A DNA stretch of 64,000 nucleotides, taken from the IMG/VR virus record IMGVR_UViG_3300013232_000195; one strand, given 5' to 3'. The notes beneath the pieces were generated by a model. That model saw only the letters and a list, made by a program, of their open reading frames with translations. It was not told the DNA's origin and searched no databases. Position numbers and translations under genes: made by a program. Shown in pieces: positions 48,374-57,991 of this stretch (the stretch's first letter is position 1; each line of letters starts with the position of its first letter). Source of the stretch: an uncultured virus (IMG/VR IMGVR_UViG_3300013232_000195) (lineage: Duplodnaviria > Heunggongvirae > Uroviricota > Caudoviricetes).

Positions 48374-49387
48374 GCACACATATTCGTGCTTATGGGCTTG
48401 ACTTCCTGTCGAGCGGAAGTATCATCCGCTTGGACTGGTGTGGAAGCGAGTACTCTGAGGATTTTTCCGTGACACAGACTGAGATGATTGAGGAGTTCCA
48501 ATGTCCTGGTTGTACGGTAGGCGGACCTGGAGTTTGCAATAGTTTATCGCTCAAGTCAATGGAATATGGTTCATGCGGAAAAGCCTTTTGGTGCGACAAG
48601 CATTCCGCTGGAACGTTCATGTCTGGTATCGGAAGGATAGCTCTCGGGCTACCAAAGGGCTTTAACAGGTATGGCCCTGGCGACAAGCTTGAAATCAGGC
48701 TATTCGTCAATGGTGACAAGCCGAAATGGGATCACTTGAACATTGCCGTATGGGCGATGGTCATTGGTGGGTTCTTGTTCGTAAGGACGTATTCTCCACG
48801 GGTTAACCGCTGCGCCGTGGACGTTGTCGAGGGAGGCGACCTTGGCATGGTACCAGGGGCCATTGATGTGGGCAAGTTCATTGACGAGATTGATTAACAT
48901 GGGACACTTCGAGAAGAACGAGAAGTACTACAAGGCCGTCGTCAAGGTAACCATCATCAGCAGAAATCCTTTCTCTGGAGAGGAAAAGCTCGGTGAACTG
49001 GCCATGGCCACGGAACAAGGCGATGACGTGGCGCAGTTGAAGGTCATCGAGCATGGCGAACTGTCTCCGAAAGAAGCCATCGAGGAGCTTGAAGGGATGG
49101 GGAAGACCGCCGCCGCGCTGGGCATCGAGGCCTAGCATGTTCACCAGGCATGAAGACCGCGAGACTTTGGAGCGGGTGAAGCGTTGGCCGAACCTGATGA
49201 AGAGATTCTATTACGTGCGGATATACTCTGCGGAACACGGGGCGTTCTGGAGAGAGAATGGTGCTGGATACACCACGCAAGAACACGAGGCTTGGGTCCT
49301 GCCGTTTGAACGGGCGTTCTTTAATACGAAACACTGTGGCAAAGAGAAAAAGATCCAGTTCGTAGAGGCTGGATGCTAGGAGGGAAC

Positions 49388-49780
49388 ATGAAAGAGATTT
49401 CATTTGAAACGTTGAATGGGCTTGTCTTTGAGAAGTTGGAGGAGTCCAAAGACAGAGACGAGGTTCGTATCACTGCTTCTGGTCGAGAATTCTTGATGAA
49501 GCATGATCAAGATTGCTGCGAAAGTGTCCGCGTTGAAAGCATAAAGGGAGACATTTCCCGAGCCATCGGCGAGACCATCATTGATGCGACGGAGAACTCA
49601 AATCGCGGCGGGGAAGAGGGCGCAGAACCGAAATTAGACGAGTGGGACGATTCGTGGACGTGGACGTATTACACGATTCGGACCCAGTCCGAGACGATCG
49701 TGATCCGCTGGTACGGAACCAGCAATGGGTACTACTCCGAGCGTGTCGACTTCTACGAAGTTAGTGAGGAGTTGTCATGA
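49388..49780 (+). CDS. Conserved phage protein (QDCCE...SNGYY family)
   Basis: HDQDCCESV, WTYY, IRWYGTSNGYYSE. Confidence 0.7.
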   Translation: MKEISFETLNGLVFEKLEESKDRDEVRITASGREFLMKHDQDCCESVRVESIKGDISRAIGETIIDATENSNRGGEEGAEPKLDEWDDSWTWTYYTIRTQSETIVIRWYGTSNGYYSERVDFYEVSEELS

Positions 49781-50904
49781 CGCCAAAAGAGTTGTTCAAG
49801 AAGGTCAAGGAAGATGAGGAGCGCCTTCTCAGAAGGCTAGAAAGCGCCTCCACGTCCAATTCAGACTTCTTGGACAAACTGGCTATTGGTTTAGAAGACA
49901 TCCGCGAGGAAACCTCCTTTGACTGGGGAAGGACTTGGATGCTTCGCAAGTATTACGGTCCGTTTGAAATTCATCAAAAGGAGAATTGTCTCACCATTAA
50001 CTTTGGTAAGGGCAGAAAGCTTTTTTGCACGTTTATTTGCGATGAAGTCTTTGACATTTCATGCAGTAACAAGGTACTTCTTGAGAATGATGGGAGTTTA
50101 TATGACAGCATCGGAAGGGCTTCCATGATTAACATCGAGTCTCCTGGGGCAGTTTCTCAAGCTCTTGAGTTGATCATGAGAGTTCTGGTAAAGTCCGAGG
50201 TGCATGGATGAAAATCGTAAGAACTGAAACCGAAACAAAAACAAAGATCGTCGAGGCGGGAATGCAATGCGATCTCTGCAAGGAGACGGTTGATAATCCG
50301 ACTGGATGGTTCAAGCAAGGTCAGGGTGATAAAGTCCCATCCATGTTCTACATTACTCGTTTCGAAGCCAGCGTGGCAGAGAGCTTGCCTGGGTACTACG
50401 TCACGCATGGGCTAAGGGCTGACTTTTGTCCTAAATGCGCCAAGTCGGTTGTTGCAGCGCTCAAGGCTCTCGGCGTAGAACTAGAGGAGTTCGAAGAAGA
50501 ACGATGAACCCCACAGAGATGCTAGAGACCCTTCGGCGCCACAAGAACGATGCCGCCCAAGACGACAAGACCAGGGTTGCTGGCCAAATCGAGTTCATGA
50601 AAAAGGTTTACGAGGGACTGAAACAAGTCCAGCCATTGATGAAGTTCCGTAAGAAGAAGTTCTTCGGGTCATCCGTTGAGCAATTCACTCTCGACGGGAA
50701 CCTAGACGAAATGAGAGTGAAGTTCGGAGACTTCTCTCTCACTTGCGGGTTCGCATGCAAGGAGTTCAGGATTTGGCCTGATCAAGCTTTGCTGGCCATG
50801 GACTCGCTGTTCATTGGAGCCGTCGCCCATGACCTGATCAAGGTCAAGTACGCCTCGGATGCCGTTGACGTGATCTTGAGGATACTGGTCAAGCACGAGG
50901 AGGT

Positions 50905-51303
50905 TTAGGACTTATACCATTTTTGTATATCTGACGTTCTTTTCCTATGACAGTTAGCACATATAACTTTACATTTAGAGATTTCTAAGAATATGCTTTC
51001 CCAAGCGAAATTCATGCGGCAAACCATATAGCTTATATTGTGTTTCTTACCTTTGACATGGTGGAATTCAAGGCATCTTGGATCAGTTTCACCACAGTCT
51101 TCGCAAGGATGCTCTTGAAGATATCTAATCATATTCTTTCTTATGTTTTCTTTGTAACGCTTGTTTCTATCTATATAGTATTTCTTGTTTTTCCTATAGT
51201 ACTCGTTGAAGCACGATTTACATTCAGCATGAAGTTCAGTCTTGTTTCTTTTGCTAAATGCACATTCTGGTTTTTCAACTTTACACTTGCAACATCGTTT
51301 CAT
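50905..51303 (-). CDS. HNH endonuclease
   Basis: CCKC..CKSC; PCEDCG..LEFHH..KCKVICANCHR; AT-rich; antisense insertion beside the tRNA. Confidence 0.85.
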   Translation of the reverse strand: MKRCCKCKVEKPECAFSKRNKTELHAECKSCFNEYYRKNKKYYIDRNKRYKENIRKNMIRYLQEHPCEDCGETDPRCLEFHHVKGKKHNISYMVCRMNFAWESIFLEISKCKVICANCHRKRTSDIQKWYKS

Positions 51304-51352
51304 GGTAGTATCCTCCTTAACTGTTGTTCTATGGTTAGGAAGGAGATTCCTC

Positions 51353-51441
51353 GTCCCCGTGACCAGAATGGATAATGGCCTGGCTTCCTAAGCCAGTGTG
51401 GCGCAAGCCGCGTGCAGGTTCGAGTCCTGCCGGGGATGCCA
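51353..51441 (+). tRNA. tRNA with CCU anticodon (Arg, AGG) and an atypical long variable arm
   Basis: Acceptor GTCCCCG/CGGGGAT, G73-CCA; anticodon arm CTGGC-TTCCTAA-GCCAG; variable arm GTGGC-GCAA-GCCGC; T arm GCAGG-TTCGAGT-CCTGC. Confidence 0.9.
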
Positions 51442-51503
51442 GATTTTTCGGGATTTTTGAATTGACGTGCTGCTTCCATGTTGTAATATAGAAGTATGGG
51501 CAA

Positions 51504-51730
51504 TGGCCCAAACGGATGCAGAGGGATCTACATCTAAGCGACGGCCCAAGAGGCCAAACTGGAGAGAGCGACCCAGCGCAGCAAGCTCTCCTGAGACGTC
51601 AAACCGCTGGTGGACAGCGAGAGTTCAGGATCTCGACTGGACGAAAAGACTGATCCCCCTACTTTTGCCGTCCTGTGTCTCAAATACTGGGTGACGTAAT
51701 GGGCCACGCGAAAGCGTGGCCTTGCTTTTT
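51504..51730 (+). ncRNA. Large Y-RNA-like structured RNA
   Basis: Promoter TTGACG-N16-TAATAT; ACGGATGCAG-AGGGATC-TACATCT...AGACT-GATCCCC-CTACTTTTG-CCGT mirrors the 12861 element; terminator GGCCACGC-GAAA-GCGTGGCC with T-run. Confidence 0.65.
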
Positions 51731-52710
51731 ATGTGTAAATCGTTAGCTTCATGGCTTGATGATACTTGGTATAATCAATAGGCTTGGAAGGAGGACCTAT
51801 GGATTTCAAGGTGAGACTTATGCGTACGGTGTCCTTTGAGTCGGACGTGATCGTTCAAGCCGCGAATGAGCAAGATGCAAAGCGGCAAGCTCTTGAAAAG
51901 GCCAAGTTCATCATATGGGAGTATCGTAATAGCGCAGAATACGAGGTACTTACGATAAAGAACAAGTCCAATCCAGACGAGGAAGAGACGAGCACGGAGC
52001 TAAAGAACCCTCATTGACGTGCCTATTCTCCAATGATATATTAGCATTGGAGGTGGACATGATCTTCTTCACGCGACACGATGTTGACCTTGAGGCCATG
52101 CGCAAGCGAGTCAACAAGAAGGGCATGTACAAAAAGGACAGCCGAGAACTTCTCAACAAGCTACTCGACTTGATGGACGCTGGACTTCTTGCCGACGCCT
52201 ACGAGTTCTACTGCTCTGACGAGTGGAACACGGACGACAGGCCTAGGGAATTCCTCCCCTTCGACCTGGCCGAATTGTTCCAGCAGATCACCTTCGGAAA
52301 CTGGGTACGCCCCAAGGGAACCTCGCCGATCAGCAACAAGCTGCCTCTTGGTGGACTGCAAGCGCGGCGGGCCGTGGTCGAGGAGAACGTGATTCATTTC
52401 CGCTGCAAATGCGGACACGCGCAGACCATGCATTGTGGCCCTGCTGATGACTGCAACAGATACAAGGAAGTAGACACGCAGAAAGAACTTCCCACGGGCA
52501 ATAGCTGGGCTGGATGGACTTGGGATGTCACCCGTTCCAAAGGCAAGGTACGTTACAAGAACGTGAAGTGCCCGTCTTGCAACACCAACGAGATGGTCGA
52601 AAAAGCCAAGTCCCGCATCCCCAAGTCTGTTCTCGAAGGCAGGAACATCGTCATTTACTACAAGACGCCGCCCAAAAGGTAAGGTATGATCCCCAAGAAA
52701 GGGACATACC

Positions 52711-53730
52711 ATGCAGATCAAAGACCTTGCGCCGTGTACCTACTGGAAAGACGAAAGAGTAAACCCACACGAGATGCTTGCTGTAGGGTGGCTCGGGAGC
52801 AAGTATCCGAAGGTCAGCCATAAGGCTTCCGCAGCGTTCGTCAGGAAGCTGGAGAAGCTGGTTAAAAACCGCTTCGAGTACATTACCTACATGGGAGTTC
52901 ATTTCTGCGAGTTGTGCGAAGAAGGCAATAGGTATCAAGAGCAAGGGCAGATTTTCATCCCGTGCAAGTACGGTAAGGTCTTCGCCGCTCCAACGATGAT
53001 CGTCCACTACATTAAGGCCCACGGATACGTCCCACCTCACTCTTTCATTGAAGCCGTGATGGAAACAGAGAAGATCGGCGGCGAAAAGTACGAGGCGTCC
53101 ATATCCGAACGCGCCCCTTCCCTAGCCTCTTGGATGAAGTCGTACAGCAGGTATGGCGTTCAATTCAAGAACGGGAATCGTCCCGTGATTAGATACAAGG
53201 CTCATAAAGATCAATACATAGTAAAATCACCAGCCAAGAAGACTGAAATCGAAATCGAACACATGATGCGTACGGTTTCCAGTGACCGCCATGCTTACGA
53301 CGCATTTATGTTCTTGGTTGATTCTGGAGCCTTCAGCAAGAAGCAACAACTAGCCTTGATGAGTACTTTGCACATATTCTCTGGGAACGAGTCGTATACG
53401 CGGCCAGTCCCGAGTGACTTGCCAGTCAAGAACCGTCCATTCGACGAGGCCGATCAGATGCTAAAGGAGGCTTCCGCCAAGGTTGGAACGAAGTACGACC
53501 CGAAGCGCGGTTACGTCGTCAAGCCAAGAGCCAAGGAGGCGGACGTCAAGGAAGTCGACTTCAAGCCAAAGAAAATCAAGACGCAACGGGCTCCAAAAGA
53601 AATTGGCGGCGGGGGAGAATTCCTCAGGGGCAAGGATGCCGAGGAGTTGCGTTCTAAATTGACGGAACAAATGCGTCTTACCAAGCACTTGGATGACATC
53701 AAGAAGATTGAAAAGACAGACTCCAAATAG
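52711..53730 (+). CDS. Protein with conserved N-terminal metal-binding domain
   Basis: AVGWL..G.H.CELC..AP.MI.HYI..H.Y.PP..FIEAV. Confidence 0.6.
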   Translation: MQIKDLAPCTYWKDERVNPHEMLAVGWLGSKYPKVSHKASAAFVRKLEKLVKNRFEYITYMGVHFCELCEEGNRYQEQGQIFIPCKYGKVFAAPTMIVHYIKAHGYVPPHSFIEAVMETEKIGGEKYEASISERAPSLASWMKSYSRYGVQFKNGNRPVIRYKAHKDQYIVKSPAKKTEIEIEHMMRTVSSDRHAYDAFMFLVDSGAFSKKQQLALMSTLHIFSGNESYTRPVPSDLPVKNRPFDEADQMLKEASAKVGTKYDPKRGYVVKPRAKEADVKEVDFKPKKIKTQRAPKEIGGGGEFLRGKDAEELRSKLTEQMRLTKHLDDIKKIEKTDSK

Positions 53731-53788
53731 GCACGTAATGCGGTTGACTTCCCATCCTTCCATGCGATAATGCGTGGTAGGAGGAGTC

Positions 53789-54373
53789 ATGGACATCAAG
53801 ATCCTTGGCATGCGCGACAAGGCCCCCGAGGGCTACGCGGTCATCAATTCCACTTCTAGGTCAAAGGACTTCGGGGTCGGGCTTAGCCCCTTCTTCCTTG
53901 GACCCATCCCGCTATACAAGAACCGCGTGGCCCAGTTGATGGAGAACGCTTGGCAGTATGCGAAGCTCTATCAGAACCATGCGGAGAACGGAGAACCGAC
54001 CAAGGCGTACTGGAACTGGGCCGAGCGCGGCTGGGCAGAGGGAGTCGCCCATCGATACCCCATGGGACGTGGGTCTAAGCCTCTTTGTTCGCTGTGGGAC
54101 GGGGCGAAACTCACGTACACGAGGGCGCGGCGAGTCATCTATGCCCCCTTGTACGCGGAGGCGGTTAGGAAGACGGACGCCTTCATTCATCTGGCCGCTC
54201 AAGCCTTGACTGGACCACTGGCCATACGGGACTTTGATGGGTACGACCATGACGCCCTTGGAATGACGCTTGACCAGGTCATGGCATGTGAGACGCGAAA
54301 GATGGGGCATGCCTTCGTACTTAAGATGCTGCTTCTGCAAAGAACTGACTTGTTCGAAAGGATCGCGCCATGA
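53789..54373 (+). CDS. NADAR-like (DUF6939-type) protein
   Basis: TSRS..LSPF..MENAWQYAK..ARRVIYAPLY..GHA. Confidence 0.5.
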   Translation: MDIKILGMRDKAPEGYAVINSTSRSKDFGVGLSPFFLGPIPLYKNRVAQLMENAWQYAKLYQNHAENGEPTKAYWNWAERGWAEGVAHRYPMGRGSKPLCSLWDGAKLTYTRARRVIYAPLYAEAVRKTDAFIHLAAQALTGPLAIRDFDGYDHDALGMTLDQVMACETRKMGHAFVLKMLLLQRTDLFERIAP

Positions 54374-55341
54374 CCGAGAAAAAAACTAAGTTGACAGACG
54401 AAGAGCTGGAGCTCCTAGACGTCATTCTGCTTACGCTATCCCGCAGCTTTGCGCGGGCCGTGCTTTACAAGAAGGGGTCTGGCTGGGCATGGCATGAACC
54501 TTCCTTGGTTACTCTGGCCATTTCCGATACCATCTACACCTTGAAAAAGCTGATCGTTGGTTTCGATGATAGGATCGACGAAATGGAGAGGTTCTTGAAG
54601 ACGGATACGGCGTACAAGGCCCCAGAGCAAGGGGCCGAGTTGGCCGAGCGTTTTGTCTGGCTCAGGAACGAGTTGGTCAAGGCGAACGTGAGGGTTACTC
54701 CGCCGATTGTGGCAAAGAAGGGACGTAAATGAAGATCACTGAGATGGTCATGGCTGGCGAGGCTCCACGTCCAGCCAACTTGTCCGAGGAAACGACCAAG
54801 TTGCTCCTCGAGAAAGAGGGCGAGTACGTGATGGTCAAGGATAAGGACGGCAACGTTCGAGTCCTCAAGGCGAAAAAGTAAATGGCGACGGAAAACAAAA
54901 CGGAATGGATCAAAGGGCTTTGGCTTGGGACGGTTCCAGGCACTTTGACTAACGAGGAAATACGAGTTTGGGAAGCGGCGATAGCTGAGTATTCCATGCT
55001 CGTCAGGAAATCACAGCGTGACCAGCCACGCAAGGCAGAACGAGAGCGAGAGTAGTAAGCTCAATTACCTGGAGGTGAACTGTGAGGTGCAGCGTATGCG
55101 GGAACGACGACGGGGAGTCGTATTTTCTGGCGATTGCAGGATGGACAGTTACGAAAGTTTCCGAGAAAGCGGGGAGGAAATACATCACGCCAGAGGATGT
55201 TTCCGACGCCTTGAAAGAGTGGCCCGTAGGACGAGTACGAGCAGACGTACTCGCGGTGATAGCGAAACAGACAGAATACGGGTGCGAGGACGCAGGACTA
55301 TGTGCGTTCATCGCATGGCGCTCAAGGTGAGGAGTTAACAC

Positions 55342-55641
55342 GTGCGTGGGCAGAAGATACATACGCTGAAGACGTGGCCACCGTACTTCCAAGACATTTG
55401 GGAGGGTCGGAAGACTGCGGAAGTGCGCAAGAACGACAGGGACTTTGCTGTTGGCGACGTGCTGATCCTGAACGAGTGGAACCCCGAAGAAAACGAGTAC
55501 ACGGGCAGCTGTCTTCGTGTCCTCGTGACGCACATGCTCAGGTCTACTGATGGTGATTTTGGGCTGAAGCGTGGATACGTGATGCTCAGTTTCACGATTA
55601 AACGCAGGGGCGAAACGTGGGTCAAGGATTCAAGGCAATAG
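55342..55641 (+). CDS. ASCH/PUA (DUF3850) domain protein
   Basis: LKTWPPYF..G.KTAEVRKNDRDF.VGD.L.L.EW..YTG. Confidence 0.85.
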   Translation: MRGQKIHTLKTWPPYFQDIWEGRKTAEVRKNDRDFAVGDVLILNEWNPEENEYTGSCLRVLVTHMLRSTDGDFGLKRGYVMLSFTIKRRGETWVKDSRQ

Positions 55642-56165
55642 GAGAAGCCATGACAAAACGAGAGCGAACGGCCATCAGGAAGGCCATACGTCTGATCCAC
55701 CACGAGGATAACTACTACGGTGGCATGGACATCCTGGCCCGACTTGCTGGCCTTCGTGTCAGGAAGGACAAGATCGTGGAGACCACGATCGCCGAGTTGT
55801 GCAAGAACAGGGAAAACAGAGAATTCTTCGTGGAAGGGGAATGACATGGACCAGAAAGAAGCCGAACTCTTCAGGGCCTTCACGGAAAGCGATCAAGGCT
55901 TGCGCATCTTCCTGAAGCAAGCCATCGCCATATCCGACGACATGCTGGCCAAGAGTACGGATGCCGAATCGAAGGTGGCATGGCTTGAGATGAGCATCGC
56001 CTCCAGAAAACTTGACCTTGAAGCATGCGAAAGGATACTCAAGTCCGACAGCGCCGCATGGGGCAAATGCAAAGACATTACGAACAGTTTCTCTTGATAG
56101 TATCAAGAATCTTATTGACAGCGGCGAAAATCGCCCATAATGAAACCCTAAACTGGAGCGCTGAC

Positions 56166-56435
56166 ATGACTGCTACCGAGCCGTCCGCCAAGATCGTCAA
56201 CATTGAGATCGGGGTTTATCGAGGCGGCGATGGCTACTTTTGCGTAACTGACATCGCCCGCCACGAGACCACTGGCGAGCGTATGGTCATTTTCAACACA
56301 TCGTTTAGGGGAAAGTCATTCGTTTGCTCGGAGCAAGAATTCTTACAGAAGGGCTTGACCAAGGTGTTGTGCGGTTTCGAGAAGCGCGTGGCCACTCCTT
56401 GCGCTCCTCTGGATTGGCTATGGAACACCAGGTAA
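56166..56435 (+). CDS. DUF1653-like protein
   Basis: G.YR...Y.V..IARHETTGERMVIF. Confidence 0.55.
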   Translation: MTATEPSAKIVNIEIGVYRGGDGYFCVTDIARHETTGERMVIFNTSFRGKSFVCSEQEFLQKGLTKVLCGFEKRVATPCAPLDWLWNTR

Positions 56436-57373
56436 TTTTTGTGCTTGACTGAGACAGTCCCTATGGTACCATCATCTTCACGGAGGGCGTGAAGATGGGT
56501 TTCTTGAAAAATCTCTTCAACAAACCAGACCAAACGAAAGAGTTGCTCCTTGAGTTGAAAGGTTCTGTTGAGGCAACTTCCAAAGTCGAAGACATCGAGG
56601 CGGAAATCAAAGATCTTGACGCCAGAAAAGACGCCTTGACGGCGAAAGCCCGAGAGTTATCGAAGTCCCTCGCCTTGGAAAAGAAAGATCAGATCAGCGA
56701 GGCCATCAAGAAAGCCACATGGACGATCTTCTTCATTCACAGTACGGCAAGTGGTGGACACTGGTCACTAAGCAGCGAAGACCTCGCCGAAGAACTTAAA
56801 AAGATATGTGATATGGTCGTAAGATACCCCAGAACCATTGAAGAGATAAAAATCTTCAAAGACTTCGATGTTTGGGCAAACGACAACTACGTCTCGTTGC
56901 AACTTCGTCGTTGCCCTCCGTACATGGAGTTGCTTGACAAGGAACCGTTGGGTGTTGAGAACTCGGCCCTCATACTTGCTGAGGCAATCAAACGGGCTGG
57001 CCTAAAGATAGACCAGGCCGACACGCGATCCAAGATAAATCATGAGCAGAGCTTGATCGATGGATACAAGCTTCTCATGGATGCTGGGAAAGGAGACTGA
57101 AATGGTTGGGTTGATTTTTCTGGTCTTCGTGTTGTTACTCTCGGGCTTCTTGATCATTTACTACACCATAAATTGGCCAAAATTCCCAGCCGAGTCGGCC
57201 ATCCCGAAAGGGTACCGCCTCTGTGTCGTTAAGGAAGGCAAGCCGAAGTCTGGCATGCCATACTACGTCCCAGAGGACCAGAAGAGTGACGTTCGGATCC
57301 CATGGGATCAGTTCGTGACGCATTTCCCAGAAGAGCTTCCGAACTTGAACAAAGAATCGAAATAGGAGGCATC

Positions 57374-57991
57374 ATGTTGAACCTGATCCTTTCAGTTGGG
57401 GTTGATTTCTTGGTGGCAACGCTGATAGCGTTCGCCCTCATCGTCTACATGGTCGAGCGGAAGATCACTGGCGGGGCGGTCTTCATGGTGGCCGTGTACG
57501 TCGGACTGATACAGTTCTTCTTCTATAAGGGCTGGACTCCAGTTGACATCATCGGTTGCGTCAAAGAGCATGCTTTGGATGTCGTGATCGGGGCCATCAT
57601 ATACTTCATGATCGGGACGGCTTGGGCATTCATCAAGTGGTGGTCGTTCGTCAAAAGGGAGCGTAGGCGCTATAATGAGGTTTTCAACAGATTCATTAAA
57701 GATCATGCTGAACTTAAAGGTGTTTCAATGGCTAATTGGCCAGAAGATATGATTCGTCAGTTGAACCATAACGTTTCGAGCGAGTACTCTTACGATGATC
57801 AAATCCGCGTCAGACCAAAAGTTGAAAACTTCAAGGAAGAAATCTTCCTCTGGATCGGTTTCTGGCCGTTCTCGGCCTTCTGGACGGTCATTGATGACCC
57901 TATCAGGCGCATTTGCGCTGGCATCTACAACTTGATCGGTAAGCGACTCCAAGCCATCAGCGACAGCGCATGGAACGGGGTGGACAGGTGA
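57374..57991 (+). CDS. Multi-pass membrane protein
   Basis: Three hydrophobic helices; W..FWPFS.FWT.I.DP. Confidence 0.7.
   Translation: MLNLILSVGVDFLVATLIAFALIVYMVERKITGGAVFMVAVYVGLIQFFFYKGWTPVDIIGCVKEHALDVVIGAIIYFMIGTAWAFIKWWSFVKRERRRYNEVFNRFIKDHAELKGVSMANWPEDMIRQLNHNVSSEYSYDDQIRVRPKVENFKEEIFLWIGFWPFSAFWTVIDDPIRRICAGIYNLIGKRLQAISDSAWNGVDR

Noticed and set aside
51380..51396. Amber suppressor (CTA) or Sec/Pyl reading of the tRNA
   Set aside because: The 7-nt loop TTCCTAA centres on CCT; the acceptor and T stems are 7/5; genes such as dut and guaC end normally at TAG, so there is no sign of stop-codon recoding
51467..51694. 75-aa ORF over the Y-like RNA
   Set aside because: It starts inside the promoter, has no RBS, and its composition is better explained by RNA structure
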